From Macrostomum lignano (lineage: Eukaryota), in NCBI GenBank assembly GCA_002269645.1, contig NIVC01000099.1:496001-560000 (forward strand): a DNA stretch of 64,000 nt. The letters run 5' to 3'. A model generated the notes under the pieces. It was given only the letters and a program-made list of their open reading frames with translations, had not been told where the DNA came from and did no database searches. Below, one piece after another: positions 1 to 11,040 of the stretch. The position numbers and the translations under genes are program-made. Numbering within the stretch: the first letter of the stretch is position 1; the number at the start of each line of letters is the position of its first letter.

Positions 1-779
1 TTTCCTCTATGAAGACAATGGGGCACTTCTTCCCATCTGATGTTAGCACCCCAAGCACCATGACCTTGGCTGGATGCTTGGTGGCCAAGTTGAAGCAAAC
101 TTCTGGCACCATCTGCTTCTTCTTCAGATGCGATAAGTACCTACTGTTGCAGCAATTGAGCTATTGATTCACTATGAATAGATTCTTATCTGAGAAAATG
201 CACACTATGCCAGCATTTTTGGTATCCTTCAGGAAGGCAAGCAGCTTCTTGCACCTGTCTAGCCTTGTCTGCTGAGTCTCTGGCATCAGTCGGGGCCAAA
301 TCTCAACAGCGCCGCTGGCCATGCCAAGGTCATTGTGAATGAGCCTTTGTATGCTATGCTCAGACATCTCCATCTTGTCAGCCATCTTCCACATGGATTG
401 CTAGGGATTCTTGGACACTGACTGTCAGATAGCCTCAACTGTCTCATCTATTCTCTGCAAATAAGGTTGGCCACTTCCCTCTTGTCTCTCAAGACTTAGT
501 CCAGCACTGAGGTGGCACCTAGTGTCCTTCACCATGGTCCTAGACACTCCTAGAGCTGCCACAATTTCAAATATAGAGTAGTCTGCATGGACCTACTCTG
601 ACACAAGCTCACATTTGAGTCTCTCCATTGAAGTTGGCAATAGTTATGAACTTTAGCTGGTAGCAAGGGCTTTTTCATACCTTTATGCAACCAAGGATTA
701 AATATTGTGCACATTGGTTGCATAATCAACAACTAATGGAACATTTTCATAGGGGGTCAGATTTTTATGCCGCACCCTG
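1..779 (-). mobile_element. Degenerate Tc1/mariner (maT, DD37D-like) DNA transposon, 5' part: TIR plus transposase pseudogene; continues beyond the left edge
   Basis: Minus-strand translation gives an HTH region (IVAALGVSRTMV...SMWKMADKMEMSEHSIQRLIHNDLG), CIFSDKNLFIV (first-Asp FSDEK-like motif) and, after a frame break, KHPAKVMVLGVLTSDGKKCPIVF. Several in-frame stops. Terminus reads CAGGGTGCGGC from 779, typical of maT/Tc1 TIRs. Confidence 0.8.
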
Positions 780-2230
780 TGAGGGCTAACAATTTGATAT
801 TATTGTTAGGGGCTTATATTGTTAATAGGGCCTGTTTATATTTAGTCCCTATTTATAAATTATATTCTATATAAACCAAAGTAATAGTAGGCCTACTAGG
901 CCTATTAGACCTATTAGTAACTTAGTAGGCTTATTAAAAATATAATTTATAAGGCTAGACCCTAATAATAAACTCAGTATAATTTTAGTAGCACAAAATA
1001 GATTAGTATAACTGAAGATAAGCACTAATTTTAAAGAAAAGGTCCCATTAGGCCCAAGCTATATCTAATAGCTTAGATATTGGTTGGCCCTAGGCCTTCT
1101 AAATATTAGTCCAACCAACAAAAGGAATCTCTTTTTGTCATTTTTGATAAGGCCTTCATATTTACATAGGCTAGGATAGAATTGTATTAGAATAGGCCTA
1201 GTTATTTTTGCTAGGCATAGGCCTAATAGTAATGAAACTTTGATGTATAACTACTTTGAGTATAAGTCAACTTAAGTTAAAATTTGCTTTTATTTATCTA
1301 ATCTTTACAACTTAATGTACTATTATAGATTCAAACTTAGCTAAACTAATAAATTCTATATTATTTTTAGCTAAATAAATGTACTCATTTCCTAGTACAA
1401 ATTTTTAAGTTGTTAGTTTATAAAGATATTGATATATTCCAACATAGTAGGTTTAACTCAATTAGAACAATAATAACTCTATTATTGTTACTTTTATGCT
1501 CTTATGCAATTAGTTATACCACTTAAATTGAGCTAAATGTTCTATTTTTATTTTGCTATGGGCTAAAATGCAGTAATTTCTATAGATCAGCTTTATTGCA
1601 ATGATATAAATTGCAAATTCTACTTTGAAAGTAGCATTCACTACTCAAGTAGAAAATAAATTTTGCCATAGCTAAAGATGTAGTTCAAAGCAAATAAAGT
1701 TTTTATGAAAGTCTTATATAAGGTTCTTCTTTGAAATAGGACAGACAGTGTCATTTAAAATTGACTATATTTCCTAGGTTGATAGCCTCAGAGCTGCATT
1801 CATATGAAACTGAGTTAATGCACATCTTATCTCAATTTTATCTCAACTAACTTAAAAAAACATTTGCCTCGCAAGTAGGTACATTTTTGTCACACTTTTA
1901 TACTTTATCAACTTCAAAATGTAACTTTGTTCATATGATTGGAAACAATATTCTCAAAGATAAGTCTAAACAAAGTATGCTAACAATTACTACACTTAGT
2001 ATATAATAGCCAATTATGCAGATTGGCAGAACTAGTGACCCAAACCTATTCTGTTATTCTGTTATGCCGTGTATTCTGTTATGGAGCCTCAAGATTATCC
2101 CAAGGCTCTGCCTTAGTGTATGAAGTATGAGTTATAATAATATGAGCACCATTCTCAGAGAAGTGGCCAGCATTCTTGTTACTCGTTTGGGTATGGGATT
2201 GTAAGCTTTTCTACTTTAGTACATGCTTGG

Positions 2231-2386
2231 GCGCAACCTAGGGATTCACCCGGCCGTTTCTATTGGCAACACACACATGTAAGTCGCTATTGGACGGAAT
2301 AGAAGTCACGTGACTGGTCTCAACCAATAGCGACTTACATGTGTGTGTTGCCGATGGAGGCGGCCGGGTGAATCCCAAGGTTGCGC
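2231..2386. mobile_element. Hairpin/MITE-like element with 63-bp inverted arms immediately upstream of the survivin-like ATG
   Basis: 2231-2293 is the reverse complement of 2324-2386 with 5 mismatches. The 30-nt loop contains AGTCACGTGACT. Confidence 0.7.
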
Positions 2387-2450
2387 ATGTATGCTTTAGT
2401 AGACAGATTTCCTATCTTTTCTTCCAGCAAACTCGCCAATTTATTAATCA

Positions 2451-3232
2451 ATGTCGCAGCAGCAGGACGTCAAGAAGGACCTGTGCCAGCAGCTCATGAC
2501 GCTGTACGAGATGCGGCTCCGCACCTTCGTCAAGTGGCCGTTCTCAGCGCCCAGTCGCTGCACCGCCGAGCGGATGGCGCGGGCCGGATTTTACCGGATC
2601 GCCACGCCGGAGTGTCCGGATGCTGTGCGCTGCTTCTACTGCGAGAAGGTTGGCCGAATCTACAACGTTAAACTGCCCGCTGCGCCTGCTGCCGGGTTCT
2701 GGGGGGTCATTATTACCGTCTTTATTATTGGTCTATTGGTCTTCACTTTGCGTAACCTAGTCAGTTAGCTTAATTAGCTCCCAGATTCTCAGTTGCTGGG
2801 CCAGCGTGCCAGATCCTCAGTTGCTGGGCCAGCCTCCCAGATCCTCAGTTGCTGGGCCAGCCTCCCAGATCCTCAGTTGCTGGGCCAGCCTCCCAGATCC
2901 TCAGTTGCTGGGCCAGCCTCCCAGATCCTCAGTTGCTAGGCCGTCGTCACCTATCCAAGGTTTCTCAACGACTCCCGCAGGAACTGGACGGCTGGGACGC
3001 CAACGACGACCCCGTGGGGGAGATGCGGCGTCACGCGCCCCACTGTCGCTACCAGGATCTGCCGAAGGCCTACGATGACATGTCCGTGGAGGAGGTGCTG
3101 AGCAGCGAGGCGGAGCGGCACATCCAGGCCTTGGAGCGGAGCCACTCGGCCTGGCAGGCCAGGGTCGACTCGGCCTCGCAGGAGCTGCTGCGGGAAATCG
3201 ACCGCCAGATTGAACGGATTCAGGGGAAGTGA
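2451..3232 (+). CDS. BIRC5: Survivin-like single-BIR protein, ~149 aa; exons 2451-2648 and 2981-3232
   Basis: BIR motif RLRTFVKWP...MARAGFY...VRCFYCEK|ELDGWDANDDP...RRHAPHC supplies C-C-H-C zinc ligands, followed by a helical tail. GT-AG phase-0 intron 2649-2980. The stop overlaps a GTGAG donor-like site at 3229, so a further exon is possible. Confidence 0.88.
2778..2942. repeat. 28-bp minisatellite (CTCCCAGATCCTCAGTTGCTGGGCCAGC), ~6 copies, in the survivin intron
   Basis: Direct tandem copies visible. Confidence 0.95.
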
Positions 3233-3419
3233 GGCGTTGGCTGGCTAATTGCCATCTGCACGATTTCTGCATTGAAACCCTTGTGACTGATTGGAGAATT
3301 GAAAACATTACAGCTTCAGTTTAATTTTCCCGCAATCTTGATTTGGTACCGCCCATGTCGTGTCCTGGAACTGAGTTTTGCTTCCATAATCCGACTGCAA
3401 TTTCTGGAATCTAAGTGCA

Positions 3420-3932
3420 ATTTCCAAGAAATTGGTAGCCGGTGTCAGATTCTGAATGTCATTTCCAAGAAATTGGTTGCCGGTGTCAGATTCTGAATGA
3501 CATTTCCAAGAAATTGGTTGCCGGTGTCAGATTCTGAATGTCATTTCCAAGAAATTGGTTGCCGGTGTCAGATTCTGAATGACATTTCCAAGAAATTGGT
3601 TGCCGGTGTCAGATTCTGAATGACATTTCCAAGAAATTGGTTGCCGGTGTCAGATTCTGAATGACATTTCCAAGAAATTGGTTGCCGGTGTCAGATTCTG
3701 AATGACATTTCCAAGAAATTGGTTGCCGGTGTCAGATTCTGAATGCCATTTCCAAGAAATTGGTAGCCGGTGTCAGATTCTGAATGCCATTTCCAAGAAA
3801 TTGGTAGCCGGTGTCAGATTCTGAATGACATTTCCAAGAAATTGGTAGCCGGTGTCAGATTCTGAATGCCATTTCCAAGAAATTGGTAGCCGGTGTCAGA
3901 TTCTGAATGCCATTTCCAAGAAATTGGTTGCC
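3420..3932. repeat. 41-bp minisatellite (ATTTCCAAGAAATTGGTTGCCGGTGTCAGATTCTGAATGAC), ~12.5 copies
   Basis: Period 41 (units start at 3421, 3462, ...). Confidence 0.97.
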
Positions 3933-4560
3933 AGTACAAGACATGTGACCATAATTTTCAAGATATTGACGGCCTTTTCCAGGATCTTGAATGCCGTTTT
4001 TTAAATTTCGAATGATAGTTCCAGGACCTGACTGGAAATATTCATAACAAGGATGCCATTTAAAGGTTAATACGACGTATAAACCTGAGTGAAATAGTAA
4101 ATACTTGTAATAGCTCTGAATTAAATAATAATTTTGGTAGCTAGTTGCACTCTGACTGGCTCTGATCCTAAACCACTTGCGTTTATAATCTACTTGGTGC
4201 TGCGATTCGTTACATGCCATTTGTTTTAATCTCGTTTTTATTCCTGCAACGAATATTTATATGGGACAGGTTGTTAGTTTGCTGAATTTATTAAACGCAT
4301 TTTTATTAATACTGGACAGTCTTGTTATTCTGTAACAGCATGTTTTTCTTTTTAATAATTTCCAATTTGACACATGAAACAATTATAAATTACGCAACGC
4401 AATCTGACTAAAAAATTAACATATTTCAGCTATTTAAAAATGTGTTGTTTCTCTCTTACTACTGTGTCAGTAGTGTAGATAGTAGTCACAGTTAGAGTAT
4501 TGTCACATTAATGTCGAAGGATAAATAGTGAAAAATCCTTAGAAATGACTTCCCATCTCG

Positions 4561-5181
4561 TTGAATTTCCCAAAGCTCCGTCTTGCTGTAAGCTGGCTTG
4601 GCAACACTGAAGCCGGAATCCCCGGAATATTTCAGTGTCCGCAGGATTCTCGCGCACCTCCCGCATCGCTTAGAGAAGATCAGACAGTCAAAATCAAACA
4701 GCGATGGGCAATTCGCCATCCGTGCGGCCCAGCAGCGTTGGAGGCGAAGGCCTTCGTCGGCTGAGCGCCTGCAGCAGCAACGGCGGCTGCAATGATGTCG
4801 GTGGTGATCAGACAGCGGCGCCGGCGCCTGTTGCTGATCGACACCGTCTGCAGCTGGCCGCCGCCGACCCGCGGTCGCCCACCGGCGGCATCCGGCGCAC
4901 GCCTGTTGCAGTGCCGCTTGGCGGGGCCTTGCGCTCCAGGTGGCGGGCGAAACTACTGGCTGATGGTGAGCTTGCCGGCTTGCTTGATGACAGATTTGAG
5001 TGCGAACCAGGGACCTCCCGTTGAAAACGTTACCGTGATAAGAATTGCTAGAGTCATAGCAAGTAGCAACCAACTCACCAGTGACTCTAGCGACTCTGGT
5101 GACTTTTTTAACGACCTAAATGACTGCAATGCGACGAAAAAAGAGGCGATTGTTGAGTCACTTGACTTTGTAGAATCGTAA
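4561..5181 (+). other. GC-rich exon-like island with overlapping short ORFs, unidentified
   Basis: Composition matches coding exons elsewhere in the window. ORFs 4598-4795, 4704-5024 and 4792-5181 have no recognisable domain. Confidence 0.2.
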
Positions 5182-5205
5182 AAGAGTCGTGTTGGTGCTT
5201 AACAG

Positions 5206-5571
5206 GGGGCCGTAGCCCAGCGGTAGCGCAGCTGCTCTGGTGTGCCAGCGACCCAGGCTCGATTCCAAGTGCAGTCACATTAATTTGGGGCTGAATTGGA
5301 ATCTCGGCTTGGCTCTGCTCGTGCAATTAACGGCCTTGAGAGCCAACCCCCCAAGGCGCAGTGAAGTGTACATGCCTAACGATAATATAAAGTTAGGGCC
5401 GCTGTACACTCCTGTGTGAGTGTGTGCCTGCGTACGTATCCTCGCGCTTGTATGCCTGCTCAGGGGAGTCGGCGGAATGGGCAGTAATGCCTCTCGCCGG
5501 TTGTGTGCCTATGTCGCTTAAAGTGCGCCAGGGTGCACACAACCCCCTGCCTCTAATAAAAAAATAAAAAA
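5206..5571 (+). mobile_element. tRNA-derived SINE family A, full-length copy
   Basis: Head GGGGCCGTAGCCCAGCGG (A box) and GGCTCGATTCC (B box, 5256-5266), then an A-rich tail at 5555-5571. The body is nearly identical to 25412-25642. Confidence 0.7.
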
Positions 5572-7857
5572 GTTAGTGCTTAACTTCCTACTAACTCAAG
5601 TAGATTAAATAGAGCTGTTATAAATATGAAATGCGGTTCTGATTCATAAATTGACGCAGATGCGCTTTAGACGCAACTCAGTGATTCTATAGCGACTCCA
5701 GCACGCCTCAGATGACTCTACGGTCCCAGAGTCGTTTCGGAGTCGCAGACAAGGAAACGCCTCAAATTGATTCTTAGACGACTTGCCTAAGAATTCTCTC
5801 TGACTCTGAAAGGACTCTGAAACAACTCTGGGGCGACACAAGTAACTTTGGGACGCTCCTTGGCCTGAGTGCCGTTTTCATGGGCTAAAATTTTCTTCCT
5901 GAAAAACAACTTCCTTTTTTAACGAATCGACTCTGCATTTGTGAGCATTCTGGTAGGCTAGGACCGGTTTTTTGAGTTCCTGCCCCATGGGAAATAGTCG
6001 ATGCCTTGTGGATTCATCTATGCTGCAGCATTGCAAGCTAGGTTTTTTTTAGCGGCAGAATCACAAAAACCGAGATGCCAGATGGGCATCGGTCAAAGAA
6101 GTTCGAAATCAAATTAAAAACCAACATCTCTACAATTTCCTTTGCATTTCTAAGAAACAGAAACAGAAGTTTCACAAGTCTGCAGACTGCATGTTAGTGT
6201 TTACAGATTACTCAATTTTGATCAATTGATATAAAAGTCTTGAAATCTCAGGAGTTACATAATAATTGCTGCTTTAAATGAAGTATAAGTTTTAGCTAAG
6301 TATGCGCTGAACTCGATTGAAATAGCCATCTAGCCTAAAAAACGTAGTATGCCAAAATTAAGTCATGACACGCGCTATGACAGCCCCAGTGAGTCGCTTT
6401 TAAGAGCTCGAAATTTCACATCATCAAGGAGACTGACTTCATAAGCTCGAATCTTCATTAACTCGAATCCCCATAAGCTCGAATCTTCACATCGTCAAAA
6501 TTTCTTGTCTGCCATATTCAGAGGCTCGAAAACCAAAAAACCCGGAAGCGAATAGCCATAAAAGTTTCCATTATTGCTTGGCATTGGCTTTACAAAGTTT
6601 CGAGCTGGTGAAATGCCCCCAGCCCAGTGTTCAAGCCAAAGATCATCTGTATGTCTCTGTGCCAGTAATCTAGCTGGTATTTTCCATGGTCAGCTATGAT
6701 CTGCTCTCTTGGGTAGTTCAGCTTTAGGTAGCAAGCCGCCAGCCGAGCCTGTCTGAAGCATCTGCTAGGGGATGCGAGGAAGGTCAAGCACTGTGTGGGC
6801 GGGTTTATGCCTTTGTCCCAAGCTGGCAAACTGCCTGCAGTCTGGGCCTAACTTTGCCGCATAAGGATTTATGACGCAGCTGGCCTTAGTCCCTGTATAT
6901 GTGTTCGCAGGCCCCCCGCACACACTCATCCAGTGTTTGCGCGCGCGTGTGCCATCATTGCGGAAACTTTAGAAAGTCCTGGCCTTTCTTCTTTTAGAAG
7001 CAGTACAATTGCAGTGAACCAGCAGAATTGTTTGCTTCAGCTTCTCGGAGAGGGAGCAGAAGCAGCACTTCAAATATGGGGATCAAATCATTGGTGGCGT
7101 CACATTCTGCCACCTTTCAGCCTCTCGGTCTGTCTGACCTTCTGTCTGAGGCTGCAGCAGCTGCCAAATTTCTGCAGCAAATATTTTAGGGGGGCCTCGC
7201 CGTTGATTACTTTAATAATTCAAATTCCCTCGGCTCTCTCTACTTTTAGAAGCAATATATATATTAGAAGCCAGGAATTTCACATTTTTTTATAGTTTTA
7301 ATGGTTCAAATATTAAACAAAAATTCAAATTGCAATTCGGTTAGGATAGGATGGAGGATGAAGGAACAGCAGACTCAGGTGTACAGCGGCGCTGAAAAAA
7401 GATTTTTATTTAGTGCCCGTTTTTAGTTGAACATCGTCTGTTTATTGTCTATATATGGAATTTCTGCTTTAGTACCAGTCCCAGTCATTGGTCCCATTCC
7501 ATCAATGACCTTTGTGAACTTGCTGTCCCTCGCTCTGTGGACAAAATCGTTCTATCGAAATTGCAATCTCCTGTATGCCGTATCACTGATTAGCTTCCGT
7601 CTGCCGTGATTCCCGTGTTTTTTGGGTGCATCAACGAATCAGCCTTTTAGATTAGTTTATTGTTCTATGTAACTTCAGTAAACTTTGTTTATCCAACTTC
7701 CAGAATGCCCCAATAAATTTAATTGATTTGTGATTTCAATGCGTCTTGCCGAGACATTTTATTAGTACATGTGCACTTTATTGTGAACTTGAAAACCTCA
7801 CAATAGCCGCTGTTATCGTGCTGCATCTAGTAGTCTAAATTGTTCTATTATATAAAA

Positions 7858-8925
7858 AGCCTAAGAGCTGTCATAACAGTGGCCTAAAGACTGTCATTTC
7901 AGTAGCCTGAGAGCTGTCATATCAGTAGCCTAAGAGCTGTCATACCAGTATCCTATTGACTGTCATATCAGTAGCCTGAGAGCTGCCATTTCAGTAGCCT
8001 AAGAGCTGTCATATCAGTAGCCTAATCGCTCTGTCATATCAGTAGCCTAATCGCTCTGTCATATCAGTAGCCTGAGAGCTGTCATACCAGTAGCCTATTG
8101 ACTGTCATATCAGTAGCCTGAGAGCTGCCATTTCAGTAGCCTAAGAGCTGTCATATCAGTAGCCTAATCGCTCTGTCATATCAGTAGCCTGAGAGCTGTC
8201 ATACCAGTAGCCTATTGACTGTCATATCAGTAGCCTATTAACTGTCATATCAGTAGCCTATTAACTGTCATATCAGTAGCCTAATCACTCTGTCATATCA
8301 GTAGCCTAATCGCTCTGTCATATCAGTAGCCTGAGAGCTGTCATACCAGTAGCCTATTGACTGTCATATCAGTAGCCTATTAACTGTCATATCAGTAGCC
8401 TATTAACTGTCATATCAGTAGCCTAATCACTCTGTCATATCAGTAGCCTAAGAGCTGTCATACCAGTATCCTATTGACTGTCATATCAGTAGCCTGAGAG
8501 CTGTCATATCAGTAGCCTGCGAGCTGCCATTTCAGTAACCTAAGAGCTGTCATATCAGTAGCCTAATCGCTCTGTCATATCAGTAGCCTAAGAGCTGTCA
8601 TACCAGTAGCCTATTAACTGTCATATCAGTAGCCTAAGGGCTGTCATATCAGTAGCCTAATACTCGTAACTGTCATATCAGTAGCCTAAGGGCTGTCATA
8701 TCAGTAGCCTAAGGGCTGTCATATCAGTAGCCTAATACTCGTAACTGTCATATCAGTAGCCTAATAACTGTCATATCAGTAGCCTAAGGGCTGTCATATC
8801 AGTAGCCTAATACTCGTAACTGTCATATCAGTAGCCTAATAACTGTCATATTAGTAGCCTAAGACCTGTCATATCAGTAGCCTAAAGGCTGTCATCATTA
8901 GCCTGAGAGCTGTCATCGGTAGCCA
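7858..8925. repeat. ~23-29-bp variable minisatellite with constant core CTGTCATATCAGTAGCCT
   Basis: About 40 tandem cores separated by 4-11-nt linkers drawn from a small reused set. Confidence 0.95.
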
Positions 8926-9369
8926 AAGGGTTGTATTGAATTATCTAATAGTCGATGATTCGTTGTCCAGAAATATGTAGTTAACTGGAATAGTAGCTCT
9001 ATAAGTGATTTATTCTATTGTCTTTTTAGGCCTACTGCCTACCTTCTGTTCTACTCGTATCATGTAGCCGACACGTGTAATCGTGCTCTCAATAACTTTT
9101 TCCGAAATCGTTCTAGTATGCAAGTCACCGGAGGATTCTATTTGTCTAAGCTTTGTGAACTACGAGTATACACTGTATTGGCGCGATTCTACAGAAAGCT
9201 CAACAAGCAATGAAACTATTAATTTTGCTAGGCATATAAAGTCATAGAAAGGAAGCTACTAAAATGTTCATAAAGCGCTGTTATACGAGCGAAAAACAGC
9301 CTGAGCGTCAATCATCAATGTTCGTTCTGCATGAAAAAAAACTTAAAAAGACTATAGCTGTAAGCGGCT

Positions 9370-11040
9370 TTACAGTTCCGCGGTCAGTAGGGCGCCATCT
9401 CCTTGCATCTCGTCCGTTTCCCCATCCATCACGATCCTGACTCTGTCTGAAGCAGCGGCCGCTTGAGTTCCATTGCTGGTCTCCTTGAATTCGAAGACTC
9501 TGGAGTCGGTGTCTCCGAGTCTCGCCGTGTATCCGATCAGCCGGATCTGCTCCAGCTCGCCTCGCTCTATTTCCGCTCTTGCAGCCACTTGTCCCGTTGC
9601 TAATGCGCCAGTTGCACTCTTACCGCTGCCCAGTTGGGGCGAAGCGGCCGGACATCCGGTTATGACCGCCCTGCCGGTCAGCTTTAAACGCGCCGCCGCG
9701 GCCATCCGCCGACGCGAATGACAGCAATATGCGGCTATCAGGGCTCCGCCTAGAAAAGCGCCTGCGGTTAGCAGCGTGGTGCCGATGACGCCCTGCCGAT
9801 CCATGCCCGGACCGTTGACCTCGACAGTTTTACCTGTCTTTTTTGTCAAAATATTTTCGGTGTTGTCTCGTTGATTCGGCTGGATATGAGCTGTTGCATT
9901 CTTGCTGTTTGTAGGTGTAGTTGAAGCAATAGTCGATGGACTTGGCGATATTTGTTTTTGAGATTGACAGACATCAGCACAAACATTGTCCTGACTGTCA
10001 TTGACTTGACCACACCGTTGTTCAGCCCGAGCAGTGTATTTAATGACAGCATCGCCAACATCTGCGCAGAACTCATCAGCGTAATCCATTGCTAGTTGAT
10101 CAGCCACGAGATTGGCAATTGAAATGCCGTTCAGTTGCAAGTGGCCGCTGGGCCATACGGCGCACAGTGCCACTTGCTGCTTTAAGACAAGTCGCTGCAC
10201 TACTGCCTCGACTGCCTCGCCAGGCGATGGCTGAACGCGCAGGCTAGTGATGTTAGCGAGACTGATCAATGGTTGCCATAGAAATGCTAGACTGGAATCA
10301 ATATCAAGGTAGCGCAATGAGGCGCCCACGCTGCAAAATATGACATCGGCATTGCCTCGTAGCGTTGCTGGCGTTTCGGTTGGTAGTTCTAGCCGCACCA
10401 GTGCCGGCAGTTCGGACGCTCCACCAAGAGACTTGAGACGCGGGCTGCCACTAATTCTTAGCTCGGTTAGTCCGACCAGCTCATCCAACGCGCCCGTTTG
10501 AATGCAGACAAGGTCAAAGTTGTCAGTCAGGCGTAGGCTGACAAGCTGGTTTGCTAAGCCCGAATCCGAAGACTCCATCCACGAAGGAGTGCTAAAGAGG
10601 CCGCGCTGCAGGCAGGTGGCATTGCTCTCTGCCAGCTCCAGCCTGTTCAGCTGGCGCAGCCGGTGCAACGCCGTCAAGTCCAGACTGTCTCGCTGGCGCA
10701 GGCGGCGCAATGACAGCGCGTCGACTTTGTCTGAGCTTTCGACTTGAAAGGCGTCAGGCTGCAGATGGTTGATGGCCTCCTCCTTTGTCAGCGGCGGGCT
10801 GAGTGTCCACACCGGCCGGCCGTGCCAGGCGGTGGCGCCACTCACCGGGATGAAGATTTTGCGCTGAACAGTGTACCCAGCGGCTGCGTAGGCTTCTACG
10901 GCGCTTGATGTTCGACAGTCCAGGATGCTTGCGTTCTCTCGTCCGCGTTGGTAGAAGCCGCAGCCAAACGCGTCTGCGAATGGCTGAGCAATCGCTAACA
11001 CGAGCAGCTGCGAAGCAATGATAATGCCTAATTTCGGCAT
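9370..11040 (-). CDS. Single-exon leucine-rich-repeat type I membrane protein, ~556 aa
   Basis: Long ORF with signal peptide MPKLGIIIASQLLVLAIAQPFADA, LRR-like segments (LHRLRQLNRLELAES, LVSLRLTDNFDL, LVGLTELRISGS) and an S/T-rich stalk. A TM segment (GVIGTTLLTAGAFLGGALIAAYCC) is followed by basic HSRRR and a cytoplasmic tail of ~115 aa. Confidence 0.72.
   Translation of the reverse strand: MPKLGIIIASQLLVLAIAQPFADAFGCGFYQRGRENASILDCRTSSAVEAYAAAGYTVQRKIFIPVSGATAWHGRPVWTLSPPLTKEEAINHLQPDAFQVESSDKVDALSLRRLRQRDSLDLTALHRLRQLNRLELAESNATCLQRGLFSTPSWMESSDSGLANQLVSLRLTDNFDLVCIQTGALDELVGLTELRISGSPRLKSLGGASELPALVRLELPTETPATLRGNADVIFCSVGASLRYLDIDSSLAFLWQPLISLANITSLRVQPSPGEAVEAVVQRLVLKQQVALCAVWPSGHLQLNGISIANLVADQLAMDYADEFCADVGDAVIKYTARAEQRCGQVNDSQDNVCADVCQSQKQISPSPSTIASTTPTNSKNATAHIQPNQRDNTENILTKKTGKTVEVNGPGMDRQGVIGTTLLTAGAFLGGALIAAYCCHSRRRMAAAARLKLTGRAVITGCPAASPQLGSGKSATGALATGQVAARAEIERGELEQIRLIGYTARLGDTDSRVFEFKETSNGTQAAAASDRVRIVMDGETDEMQGDGALLTAEL

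Noticed and set aside
7858-8925. CRISPR-like repeat/spacer appearance
   Set aside because: The linkers are only 4-11 nt and are reused, there are no cas genes, and the context is eukaryotic.
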